Shown in pieces: positions 46,972-57,400 of a stretch of DNA of 64,000 bases; position 1 is the first letter of the stretch, and the number at the start of each line of letters is the position of its first letter. Position numbers and translations under genes: made by a program. The stretch comes from a virus (taxonomy: Duplodnaviria > Caudoviricetes), in the IMG/VR virus record IMGVR_UViG_2541048004_000003, positions 1-64,000 of that record. The stretch is one strand, 5' to 3'. Below the pieces are notes generated by a model, which did no database searches, was not told the DNA's origin, and saw only the letters and a program-made list of their open reading frames with translations.

Positions 46972-47043
46972 CAAAACCATTTGTGATGCGTAAATAAAAC
47001 GATTTGTTTAGGTTTAACATCTGATAAGACAAAACGAAATGTG
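46972..47043. repeat. Three imperfect direct repeats, putative transposase-binding end sites
   Basis: CAAAACCATTTGTG 46972-46985, TAAAACGATTTGTT 46995-47008, CAAAACGAAATGTG 47030-47043. Confidence 0.5.
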
Positions 47044-47094
47044 TTTTTATTTCACACGACCCACTTGTAATGGAGAATAAAAAATAATGGTTTA

Positions 47095-48153
47095 TCAACT
47101 CCGTATTCTTACTTGCCTAATAGGTACGTACAGGCTGTTTTTATACAGTATCCCATCATCCATGATGTGTGAATCGCTGCCCGCTATGGCGCAGTATATG
47201 CTTTCCCAAGCTTCCAATAAAAAACGATGCCCCTGCTGATTGAATACAACCTCTTTGTTTCCGTTGCTCGCATTGACAATAAGTACAGAATTATCAATGT
47301 ATCCATCGCATACGACTACTTTATACGTCGCATCTCCCCTAAGCCGAAACAAGTTAATGTGTTGCCCGTGATCTCCATAAAAATGCCAATTTCTGTTTAT
47401 CTTCCCGGTATATATTGGGACTGTCATATGAGCATAATATTCAAGCCGACCGGGAGTATTCGGCCATATCTCTATTGCGGAGTGCACCGCCCTTCCGAAT
47501 TCCCCCCTGCACCATATATCTGAAGCGTAGAACCGGGGTAACCGACCATCTTTGGTTCCCTGATGGAATAAGTCTCCATCCGATACCCACATCTTGCCGT
47601 CACTTCCGAATTCGAGAGCTGCTAATGTCTCGCCTGCTTTATTGACACACTTAAGCTTTTTGAATGAACCGGAAACGCCCGTTAAGTCTCCGGTATAATC
47701 CGCATTACCACCGTTGAACTTAAACTTGCCTCCGCAGAGATGCCCGTCTCCGTTCTCATTAATCAAAGCGTTGAACCCGCCCGGAGCATCAGGGTTCGGA
47801 CCAGCTTTGAGAACGTTTGCTTCGATGATGGTAGCTTTCAGCGTGTCGATAAATGCCTTGTCGGAGATAAGGGTCTTGATTATAGCCTGATGTATCGCTA
47901 CCTTAGTCAATGTCGAGATAGGACGCCAATACTCCTTGTTCGTCACCTCTATACCCTCTGGCACATCCTTAATCGCTTGGTAGTACTGGAAGTTATCCTG
48001 CTCATCCTTGACGAACACCGTAGCGCCGAACATGGAGTTACCCACATACGATTGCGTCTTGTCATGCGGAACGGGAATAGACGTCATTGGCGTAGGCTTC
48101 ACATCCTCCGTATCTGATATTGTTATTGCTTTCGTCTGTATCATTGTATCCAC
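47095..48153 (-). CDS. Terminal tail fibre/receptor-binding-like protein
   Basis: Last gene of the tail operon; Gly-rich beta segments. Confidence 0.55.
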   Translation of the reverse strand: MDTMIQTKAITISDTEDVKPTPMTSIPVPHDKTQSYVGNSMFGATVFVKDEQDNFQYYQAIKDVPEGIEVTNKEYWRPISTLTKVAIHQAIIKTLISDKAFIDTLKATIIEANVLKAGPNPDAPGGFNALINENGDGHLCGGKFKFNGGNADYTGDLTGVSGSFKKLKCVNKAGETLAALEFGSDGKMWVSDGDLFHQGTKDGRLPRFYASDIWCRGEFGRAVHSAIEIWPNTPGRLEYYAHMTVPIYTGKINRNWHFYGDHGQHINLFRLRGDATYKVVVCDGYIDNSVLIVNASNGNKEVVFNQQGHRFLLEAWESIYCAIAGSDSHIMDDGILYKNSLYVPIRQVRIRS

Positions 48154-51100
48154 TGCTTAATGTTCGTATCATCGTACTTGAACTCTACATTATCATCCAC
48201 GCCGTCTGCATACTCGGTTCCCACGTTCAGCGTGTCGGTATTGCTTGCCAATACCTGACCGTTCACCAGCCACTTAAACGCTCCGCCATTGTTCATCGCT
48301 ACCGCCGTGATGTCTTTCAGGCCGTAGGTGATTCTGGCTTTGAGCTGAACATAGTCCTTGCCTCCTATCCTTACTCCGTTCACGACAGAGCGCACAGGGC
48401 GGGGCATGTCGAGTATCTGCCCTGATTCGTCCGCCTGTTCCCAGCTCGTATGGAACCTGCCACGAACGGTTATCTCGACATCTAATGAGGATTCGCCAGC
48501 TTCTCCCGTTTCGCCTTTCAAGTCTTCCACATGCGGGATGTATGCGGTGGGGATTTCGGGCTCGCCCTCGAGGACTTGCTCTATCTTTATGTCCTCAATC
48601 TTAGCGTTTAGCCATCCCGAACTGGTCGCGTAATCTGTGCACCACGCATGAATAAAGTATACTTCGCTCATTAATTCAGCCTTAGTCACTTTAATCGGAA
48701 GAGTTACATAGATATCTTGAGGTTTCATCTCATACATCACTCGAACGGTTCGAAACGGTGTTGCTTTATCTTTTTTCCATAAAATAAAATTAGCGTATCT
48801 ATGAAAGGTCACTCCATTCTGTTCAGCCTGTGTTATGCTTATCTTGAAGCTCATAATCAATCCGGCTAACTTGTCATCGAATTGCCCGAAGCGAAAAACC
48901 TCTATCTTACCTGTATCACCCGAATACTTGTTTGTTTTTCCCGGCAGTTCATTAATGTTCCATGTAAAGTTGGCAGGTAACATAGAGCGCCTAAGGATAT
49001 TCGGTCTCACCGCTACTCCGTCCACCTTAATGCCCGTATCCTTATAGCCCCTCTTTTCCCCTTGTACCTGTGCGGTCGGGTTCTCTGCGTCATACTCCCA
49101 CCACGTTTTCGTACGTTGTGAGATGTAAGGCGAGTTTCCGTTATCACCTTTCGAGGAAAGTCCGCTGTCGACGAGCGTCTTTTGTTCATCGCTCCACAGC
49201 TTCCAGTTCTTCGTAACAGGATCGATCTCCGGCATCTTGATTGCTTTTATTGCGTTCAAACGGGATTCGATATCTTCGGGGGCTTCCGTCCAGTCCAGAG
49301 ATGTTTTGTTGCCACGAACAAGCTTTATCCAAGAAATAGACGATTCGCCGGTGCCGGAATTCGGAGCCGCGTACACGCTAAGCTTAGTGTTATTCCCAAC
49401 ATCTGCACCAGATTTTGTCTTCCATTTGAAAGAAACACATGCGATTCCGCCGACAAGTTTATCTTTTATAACCTTGGCAAGCTCAAAGATCCCACCTGAA
49501 TTATATAATAAGAAGCTCTGCTTTCCTTCGCTTAGATTCCCGGCTATGACGACAGTAGCCGTCTCGCCAGCTTCGAGATTCCTTCCCGCCTCTGATATAT
49601 CATACTCTTTCAGCAAGTAATTCGAATTGCTGACAGGAACATTAGACTTTAACAGCAGATTGCGCTCGCCCAGCAGAATGTCATCCGCAGCGGCTTGCTT
49701 AATCTTCTTGTCAATCGCTTGTCTGCACTTATCTATGCAGTCCGTCAACGATTTGACGTCAGCCACATATATCTGATACTTCGCATTGTAATCCGCCCTT
49801 TCCTGCTCGGTTATCTTGTTGTCCGCGATAGCGGTTGCTATTGACTCTTGCAGCTTGTCGATGCTGCCCGTACTTGCTGCGAGAAGCTTCTTCGACTTCG
49901 TAGTCAACTCCGACTTCAAGTCAGCTGGCAAGAACTCGTTGTCGAGGATGTAGTTGACGTTACTTTGCAATTGTGCCTGCTCGATGTCGAGCTTCTTAGA
50001 CAATTCGCTCAAGTCCCGGCGCTCGGCTTCGGTGATGATGCTATCACGGAAAGCATCCGCTACTCCGTTCTCTACACCGTTCATCGCATCTGTCAAGTCC
50101 TTGATGCTGTTTTTCGCAGTATCGAACTGCTGTGAAAGCTTCTGAAACTCTTTCTTCAACGCCTCGAAGTCCGCAGCATTCACATACGGATTTATCCAGT
50201 CGACGTCTGCAAACGCCGTGTTGTCACGGATAGCCCACAGCCGGGTATTCTCGTCTTTCAGCCAGATATCCCCTTTCTTGTAGCCGTTAATCGGCTTCTC
50301 TGTATGGATAGTCAGCTTCTCCCTGCCCATCTTAGCAATGTCCGCAAGGGCTTTCGTCAGAGCTGTGTTCTGAATTGCCTCCCATTGATACGATGCAGGG
50401 TCGGAAGCCGATGCGCCGGGACGCAATACGAAGAGATACGATACCGTTGTATCCAAGTCGGTATAGGTGTCTCCCACATGCGTACCGTATACGTCTGCAA
50501 TCATATTAGGCTGTGTGATGGGCTGTCCCTCTGCGTCATACAGCCAAGTGTTCGTAGAGCTTCCCTGCATGGTAGGCGCGCCCTTGCCCTGATAGGCGTA
50601 TACCGCCTTATCTACTTGCTTCTGCAAGCCCTGAATGAGCTTCAACAGAGCGTCCGTGCTCTCCGATGTGGCGAACTCCTGCTCAATCTTGGTTCCGTCG
50701 GGGTTCGTGATGATTATCTTTCCCGCTTCTACGGTAATCACCGGAGAGGGTGCGTAGTTACTCCAAAGGGCTACCGTGTTGAGTGTGTATTTAGGCTTAA
50801 AGACGGACATTTTCTTGGCTGCCGATGCCACAGGGTCGAGGATGTTCGAACGCCCGTATATCGCTATCCAGCAGAACCGTTTCTCTTCCGTAGTGGATAC
50901 GGGGTTTTCATCCCAGCCCGCCTGTCTTAAGCTGTTGTTCAGTTCGTCTATCGTTCCCCAGCCCGCTTGCTTTGTCGGGGCTTGCGGAGCTACACTGTTA
51001 GTTGTCAATATGAAGTACTTCACAGCATTAGCGTCGTCCTCCGGGACAATGCGTACACCTGAATCTACCCATACCTGTTGTGTGTTATCGAATACCGCCA

Positions 51101-51179
51101 AGTTGCCATTCGGAAGCAGGCGGGGTGGTTGACCGTCCATGCGGTCGGGAATCGTTGTGATTGTCGATTTTGTTGCCAT
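48141..51179 (-). CDS. Tail fibre protein
   Basis: 1012 aa mosaic: coiled-coil shaft, GERNLL and VRPNILRRS carbohydrate-binding-like modules, short collagen-like KGETGEAGES. Confidence 0.7.
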   Translation of the reverse strand: MATKSTITTIPDRMDGQPPRLLPNGNLAVFDNTQQVWVDSGVRIVPEDDANAVKYFILTTNSVAPQAPTKQAGWGTIDELNNSLRQAGWDENPVSTTEEKRFCWIAIYGRSNILDPVASAAKKMSVFKPKYTLNTVALWSNYAPSPVITVEAGKIIITNPDGTKIEQEFATSESTDALLKLIQGLQKQVDKAVYAYQGKGAPTMQGSSTNTWLYDAEGQPITQPNMIADVYGTHVGDTYTDLDTTVSYLFVLRPGASASDPASYQWEAIQNTALTKALADIAKMGREKLTIHTEKPINGYKKGDIWLKDENTRLWAIRDNTAFADVDWINPYVNAADFEALKKEFQKLSQQFDTAKNSIKDLTDAMNGVENGVADAFRDSIITEAERRDLSELSKKLDIEQAQLQSNVNYILDNEFLPADLKSELTTKSKKLLAASTGSIDKLQESIATAIADNKITEQERADYNAKYQIYVADVKSLTDCIDKCRQAIDKKIKQAAADDILLGERNLLLKSNVPVSNSNYLLKEYDISEAGRNLEAGETATVVIAGNLSEGKQSFLLYNSGGIFELAKVIKDKLVGGIACVSFKWKTKSGADVGNNTKLSVYAAPNSGTGESSISWIKLVRGNKTSLDWTEAPEDIESRLNAIKAIKMPEIDPVTKNWKLWSDEQKTLVDSGLSSKGDNGNSPYISQRTKTWWEYDAENPTAQVQGEKRGYKDTGIKVDGVAVRPNILRRSMLPANFTWNINELPGKTNKYSGDTGKIEVFRFGQFDDKLAGLIMSFKISITQAEQNGVTFHRYANFILWKKDKATPFRTVRVMYEMKPQDIYVTLPIKVTKAELMSEVYFIHAWCTDYATSSGWLNAKIEDIKIEQVLEGEPEIPTAYIPHVEDLKGETGEAGESSLDVEITVRGRFHTSWEQADESGQILDMPRPVRSVVNGVRIGGKDYVQLKARITYGLKDITAVAMNNGGAFKWLVNGQVLASNTDTLNVGTEYADGVDDNVEFKYDDTNIKQWIQ

Positions 51180-51180
51180 A

Positions 51181-53964
51181 CTATTTTAGTTTTTTATACT
51201 CGTTTTCTAATATTTCTTCATCGAACACCGATACAAGGTTACACGCCCACATCACATCACCGGGAGTAAGGCGGTATACGTCCTTTCCTTTGTTCGCCTC
51301 GTACCAGTCCTCATCCGATAGGTTGTTATCATCATGTCCCAGCGGGTTAATGCGCTTGAACTCATAGAGCCTTAGCGCGCTTCTTTTCATTACATCCGTC
51401 ACGTCCTGACCGTTACGGACGAATTTCGCCCGCAGGTCTACCGCTCCGTCTCCGAGTTCGGCGAGCTTTTGATTGCTATTAACGTCTACTGGTGCGCCCT
51501 CAATGACGTTCACAGCGTATATGTCCCACACAGGGGGGATGATTTTCTCCACCTCTTGCGGCAGGTCTGTAAGGTTGCTTGCGCCCGTAGAGCCGTCACC
51601 GATATTCACAATGCCACGTATCTTAACTCCACCTTCCGGTGTGTATTCCATGTACGTGCTCTTATCCCTCGCACCTGCGTAGAAATCACCGTATATCATC
51701 TGATACGGCTTGCCAGTCACCTTGTCGTAGCCAAGCTCTATGATCTCTTTGTGAAGCAGGGAATAGCTGTTGATGCCTGCGTAAAATGTGATGGACGGTG
51801 CTTTCTCGCTGACGGAAGAGAGCACAATAGCACCCTGACGGGCGATGTCCGTCTCGTGCCCCAGCCCTACGATGTCGTCCCCCGCTGCGGGTGCGTCGCT
51901 GTCTTGGTCGCAATCCGTCTTGCTAAGGTCTATGTAGTCCCTGCCCACCGCTACCACCTTGCGCCAGTAGTAGCGGTTTGTAGCCCCGATTGATGCCCCC
52001 TCGTTGATGTTGTCCTCCTTGCTTATTGCCAGCGTTCCGGGCGTGAACTCGTTGTGTATCTCTATCCCGTCCTGACGGGCAAGGAAGAAACAGCGGTAGT
52101 ATTCATCATGCTCTTCCACGCGTATGCACTTCATGCCTGCGGGTGATAGTATCTGCTCGCCCCCTACATGTGTCTTCTTTCTTATCTCCAGCGTTTCGAA
52201 GTACGCTTTTACCTTTACATAGAGCCTGTCCACTACCGCCTGTGTTGTGCCATCCGGTAAGACCTCTACTCCGCTGCCGTTCTCTCCGATGTGGATGCCT
52301 TTCAGAGCTTCGATGAAGTCTTTTGAGGTGATTTTGCCTTCCGAAGTCAAGCCTTTCAAGAAGGTGATCAAGCCGGCAGCCGTGTCGTCACTTAGTCGGG
52401 ATAATGAGCGATGAGCCAACTCTTTGAGAATTCTTAAAGCGGAAAAGACCCGATAGTCATTTGGTTCCCGTTCGTCCCAGCTTTTTAATATATCAATTGC
52501 TGTTTCCTTCTGCTGTCGCTCAAGCACATATTTCAGTTGCGACAGGCTCGAATCCACCTGCCTCTTCCAGCCCTTGCCTACGCTGTCGGCACACTCTATC
52601 GTGGCCATATTGAGGTTATCCAGCTTACGCACAACCTTAGTCATGCGGCTATGGCGATAACCGCTTGTAAAATACTCGTCACTCAGCAGGCGCACACTCT
52701 GACCGATGGCCAACGGTACACCATTCTCTTCTATATAGATGTAGTCCGTGTCGCCACCATACTTGCTTGCGTCCTCGCTGTGCTTTTCCAGGTAGTCGTT
52801 CACGGCCGCCAGATAGTCCTGCTCGGCCTGCCTCTCGTAGTCCTCGGGCATCTGGATATTCCAAGGGATATACTTGTCACCGACACGGGGTATTAAGTTA
52901 CCGCCAGGGAGTTGTCGGGTTTCATCCGGAAAGATAGTGATGATTTCCCACTCTTTTGTCGCACTATTCCAATTGACTTCAAAGTAGTAAGTACCATTCT
53001 CGTCCGACCCGTGGCCGTTCAGGTCGCCCGACTGGAAAGACACCCTTTTCTTCAGGGCAGGGAGCTCATAGATGTTCGGGTCGAAAGCCATTCCGGAATC
53101 CTTGAAGTAGTAAATGGTGAACGGCTTGCCGTTATTGTCTTTTCTCTGGACGGAGCGTACGGCGGTCACGGTTCCGGTATAATGCGGAAAGATATCCGCG
53201 AATGCTGCCTCTTCGACATGCTCGTACAGTCCGTATTGCGTATTGCGGTCAATGTATTTTTCCCTCCCTGGTAACTGAAGCCGGGAGAAGCCATAGCGGG
53301 TACGGTCAATGTTCCGGGTGCTACCGAGCGGTATCAAGCGTGTAAAAAACTTCACGTTGTCGCTGTTCTCAGTTTGCGTCAACGAGGTAAGCCCCTTTAG
53401 GTAGCCGAGCGGTATCCGCTGTCCATGTTCGCAGCGACTCAGATTGATGACGTAACCGTCCACCCACCATTCCGTATCAAAGGCATCCGCCATTTTGCCA
53501 AGAGCTTCCCAACAGGATGTGTTATTGTAATCGATGGTCTTGCGGGAAGTAATAATTACGTCTCCGACAGACCACTGCGGCCCCCCGGAGATGCGGTTCA
53601 TATTGTCTGTCCATTTCTGCAAGTGCTCTCTCGGTGTGCCGTCCAAGCTGAATTGCAGGTTATATTCGCCGTCGGTCAGATACAGGTACTTCACTTGCTC
53701 GGCATCGTGGATAGGTGCATACAACTTTACCGAATAGCTATAAGTCTGCCGGTTCTTCTGCTTGGGCTTATATTCCTTTTTGACAGAAAACTTAACACCT
53801 TCCAGCATTGCATAGTCATTCACCGCTAACGGCACGTAGGCGGTATGGGTGAAGGATACGGATAAGGCATTCTCGGCCATCAGTTCCTGATTCCAAGTAG
53901 AAGAAGAGGATGTAGAGGCAATCAGCTTCAACTCCCCGGATTGGTTGTATATTTTAAGCTCCAT
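51181..53964 (-). CDS. Tail tip/baseplate hub protein
   Basis: 927 aa after the Dit-like gene; TRLIPLGSTRNI, FADIFPHYTG, FQSGDLNG motifs. Confidence 0.75.
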   Translation of the reverse strand: MELKIYNQSGELKLIASTSSSSTWNQELMAENALSVSFTHTAYVPLAVNDYAMLEGVKFSVKKEYKPKQKNRQTYSYSVKLYAPIHDAEQVKYLYLTDGEYNLQFSLDGTPREHLQKWTDNMNRISGGPQWSVGDVIITSRKTIDYNNTSCWEALGKMADAFDTEWWVDGYVINLSRCEHGQRIPLGYLKGLTSLTQTENSDNVKFFTRLIPLGSTRNIDRTRYGFSRLQLPGREKYIDRNTQYGLYEHVEEAAFADIFPHYTGTVTAVRSVQRKDNNGKPFTIYYFKDSGMAFDPNIYELPALKKRVSFQSGDLNGHGSDENGTYYFEVNWNSATKEWEIITIFPDETRQLPGGNLIPRVGDKYIPWNIQMPEDYERQAEQDYLAAVNDYLEKHSEDASKYGGDTDYIYIEENGVPLAIGQSVRLLSDEYFTSGYRHSRMTKVVRKLDNLNMATIECADSVGKGWKRQVDSSLSQLKYVLERQQKETAIDILKSWDEREPNDYRVFSALRILKELAHRSLSRLSDDTAAGLITFLKGLTSEGKITSKDFIEALKGIHIGENGSGVEVLPDGTTQAVVDRLYVKVKAYFETLEIRKKTHVGGEQILSPAGMKCIRVEEHDEYYRCFFLARQDGIEIHNEFTPGTLAISKEDNINEGASIGATNRYYWRKVVAVGRDYIDLSKTDCDQDSDAPAAGDDIVGLGHETDIARQGAIVLSSVSEKAPSITFYAGINSYSLLHKEIIELGYDKVTGKPYQMIYGDFYAGARDKSTYMEYTPEGGVKIRGIVNIGDGSTGASNLTDLPQEVEKIIPPVWDIYAVNVIEGAPVDVNSNQKLAELGDGAVDLRAKFVRNGQDVTDVMKRSALRLYEFKRINPLGHDDNNLSDEDWYEANKGKDVYRLTPGDVMWACNLVSVFDEEILENEYKKLK

Positions 53965-53985
53965 AAAAAACTATTTAAAGGCTAT

Positions 53986-54429
53986 TTAAAGTTGCGGATT
54001 CGGCTCCCGGAACTTGAGTTTCATGCGGCATACGACCTCTCCGTCCTCCGTACCGGTCAACGGCTCGTATGCCGTACACTCTTGATAGTAGACTCTATAA
54101 GTACGCCCGGTCAGAGAGGTTTCCAGCGTCAGCCAACCGCTGCTCAGCAATTGCATCACGGCCGTGAAGTTTGCCGAAAACCGTTCGGGGGTGTCGGCCA
54201 CGATTGCCGCATACAGTTGGAAGTCACGGGGCTCCCGTTTAGGTCCCGGGAGTGTATCGGGAAGTTTTTCCCCGTTTTCCTCCCGGAAGGATACGGCTGT
54301 GTAAGGTTTCATCTTGGACGGCTTCAACAATTCCGAGAGATTAAAGTAATCTCCCTGATTCTTCTCCGTCAGATACATGCCATACTCCGTATACATGTCT
54401 TTCCCGTTTATCTTCCATTCTCCTTCCAT
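53986..54429 (-). CDS. Distal tail-like protein
   Basis: WKINGKD, FREENGE, KLKFREPNP; follows the tape measure gene. Confidence 0.65.
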   Translation of the reverse strand: MEGEWKINGKDMYTEYGMYLTEKNQGDYFNLSELLKPSKMKPYTAVSFREENGEKLPDTLPGPKREPRDFQLYAAIVADTPERFSANFTAVMQLLSSGWLTLETSLTGRTYRVYYQECTAYEPLTGTEDGEVVCRMKLKFREPNPQL

Positions 54430-54431
54430 AC

Positions 54432-57400
54432 CTATGCCATTTTTATACCGTTTCTTTCGATCTTATCAAAATACTCTACGACATCCTCCAGCAACTTGCA
54501 GTACGCCGTGTTGGCGGCAATCGTACCGAGTACTTCCAATGCTCGCCCCATAGCGGCGTCAAAGTCATTCATCTTCCTATCAATGGATGAGAGATGATCC
54601 TGAGCGGAGGTAAACAAGCCCTCCAATTTCGTACCCTGCTCCTGTGATATGGCCGTGTATGTTCCCGCACGCGCCTGCTGCTGAGTTGCATCGCTCGGAC
54701 GATTGAATCCGTTCCGCTCCGCATTCCTCCAGAACTCTTCTTGAAACTTATTGGCGGCATCTATTTGGCTGCCCAAGCCGCGGAAAAAACCGCCTATCAG
54801 GTCGGTAGTCCGTCGGGCTATCTCTTTTTCCGACAAGCCTTCCGTCGTGTATATCTTCTTGATGTTCTCCTGCAGTCGGTCAAATTTATCCTTCAGGAAC
54901 AAGGAATACACCATCTGCTTGGCTAAGTCGGCCAGAACATCCGTCACCCCTTTTTTGAATTCCTGTGCAGCATCCAGCCCATTGTTGAATGCGTTGACGA
55001 TGCTATTCGTCAGACTATCACCCAAGGGCCCGAATGTTTGCCGCAGAGATTCTTCCAATTCCTTATAAGCCTTATCCGTTTGTTCTTGAAGGTCTATCAG
55101 TGTTTCCAGCAACTTCTTGCTCTCGTCCTTTAACTGGCGGGTGGACAGTATGGCTTTTGCCATGTTAACGTTCAGCTTGCCATCCTTGCCTATCAATTCC
55201 TTGTATTCCGGCATGTCCAGCACAGAGGTGTAGATATCCCTTCCTCTTCCCCACCCCAAGAGCCCGGTCTTCTTATGTCCGGTCTTCACCTCAATCTTGG
55301 AGAGTGCACCTATTCCATCCTTGTAAGCTTTCAGTTCCTTTGCATAGGAGAAGGGGGCAACGACCAACCTATTTATGGACACGGCCGGAGCGTCTCCCTT
55401 CAGCTCACGCTTCAGCTCCACAACGGATTTCTTATAGGTATCTATCGCATTCAGCGCGCGTCCTATATTGTCGGTTCCAAAGATGTTCGTACCCGACTTA
55501 TAAGCCAACTGTTCCTCAAGCAGCAACATCCGGTATTCGTGCAGGTAGGCTTTCTGTTCCTCCACAATTTTCTTTAAGGCTTCCTTGTGTCGTTTGTTTG
55601 CCTGCAGGCCTCCGGCGATAAAGTTCACCAGTTCCCCTGCAGCTGCCAGCGCACCGCCTACAATACCTCCCTGAGCAAAGCCCGATGCGATATTACCGGC
55701 AGCCTCAAGCGCCTTGTCCATGTCTTCGTCTAATCCGCCGAAAACACTCTTCAGCATACCGATACCTTCCGCCCCCAATCGGCCGCCTTTCTGTATGGAT
55801 TCAAACAACGATACTGTCTTCTCTTTAGCCTTATCGCTATCCTTATATATCTTTTGGAAGTGCCCCTGTACAGCCTTGAAAGTCTTCTCATTAAACAGCC
55901 CTGCGAGTGAACGACGGGCGTTCTGTTTCTCAAGCCCTTTCGTCATATTCTCTAACTGCGCGGCTTCTTGTTTATTGCGCTCACCTCCCAATGTTTTCAA
56001 GATTTTGATACGTTCCCGGGCATAGCGGATAATGATATTGTTGCGCTGTACCTCTGCCAGTTCGTCCAGCGCAAGGCCCTGCATAACGATGGCCTGCCGT
56101 TGCAGCTCTACCTGCTCGGCATTGTCCAGTATCTCTAATTTGGCGATATTCTTCTCCGTGTCTTTCTCTTTTTCACGGGAAGTGTTCAGCGCGTCAATCA
56201 ATGCTTGGTTGCCTTCAGCCTTCTTTATCTGCTCATCGTAATGACGGTCGATGTCTGCCAATCGATTCTCTAAGGCGGAGCGGAAGACGGCGTTGGCTTC
56301 GTCCCACAGTTCCTTTTCCTGTCGGGTGTATTTTTTCTCTATCTCTGAAAATTCCTTGATATAAATATTAGTAGCTCCTTCGCGTTGCGCTTTAGCCTGT
56401 TCGGTAACGGTATCTGCTTGTTCTTTAGTGACAGGGATACCGTTCTTTTTCGCTTTCACCAAAGCGGCTATGCGTTCCCGCTCCTCCGCATCAATACGGG
56501 TTAGTTCGTCGTCTAAACGCTTGCGCGCCTCGGCTTTCTCTTTCTGCGCACCGTCGCGCATCAGTTCGATACGCATGGCCTCTATCTTCCGGCGGGCTTT
56601 CACCTCGGCATCGGAGATGGCATCGATTGTCTGGTCTGCCGTATCTTTCTTTTTCTTCCTTTCGGTTCTTTCCTCGTAATCTGCCACAATAGCATCCTGC
56701 ATCGTTTTATTATAATTATCCCATGCAGATAGTGAGTTTTCTCTTGCCTTCTCCAGCTGCTCTTTTGTCGCCTTACCCTGCGAATGTTGTTCTAATACTT
56801 TATCGTAATTGGCATCGGCTAAGGCCAATGCTGTTTTCGCAACTTCCTTACGCAGCTCTATTAGCTCTTTTTTCGACTTACCGGCAGCTTCAGCAATGCG
56901 TGTGTCAAAATCCACATCATTGGATATCTGCTGCATAGCTGATTGTGTATGTTCTATCTCCACAGTCAGAGAGTGTTGGGCCTTCTTTGTTCGCTCGGAA
57001 TATCTATCCCAAAGTATAATCAAGCCACCGATAACGGCCGATAAGCCCAATGTAAGTGTAGCCATCAGAGCTTTGGCCGCCACATTGGATATACCAAGGG
57101 ATACGGCAAGGCGGGTGTTCGCCGCGGTCAGCAGATTCTTTCCTTTGGCCAGCAGCGTGTGCGTAAAAAAACTATCCTTATTTAACGTATTAGCCACTTG
57201 TTGTATGCCTATAGTGATAGCCATCACTGCTTGCAGTTTCGTCTGTATCTGACTCAGCTTTTCTTGTTCAGCCCCAAACAGGGAAGCCACGCCCACTCCT
57301 GCTGTCATGGCACCGGTCAAACCGGAAATGGCGTCCATCGTTCCCTTGATGTTCTTGTTATCATCCGAGTGGATACGAGCCTGTGTGTTGATATCGCCGT

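Noticed and set aside
46960-46990. Canonical Mu TG terminal dinucleotide at the left end of prophage 2
   Set aside because: No TG at the inferred junction (ACAAACC follows MKSTF), so the boundary stays approximate and the transposable call rests on gene content and repeats.
57213-57222. TATAGTGATA word inside the prophage 2 TMP gene
   Set aside because: Partial, intragenic match to the prophage 1 motif; likely chance.
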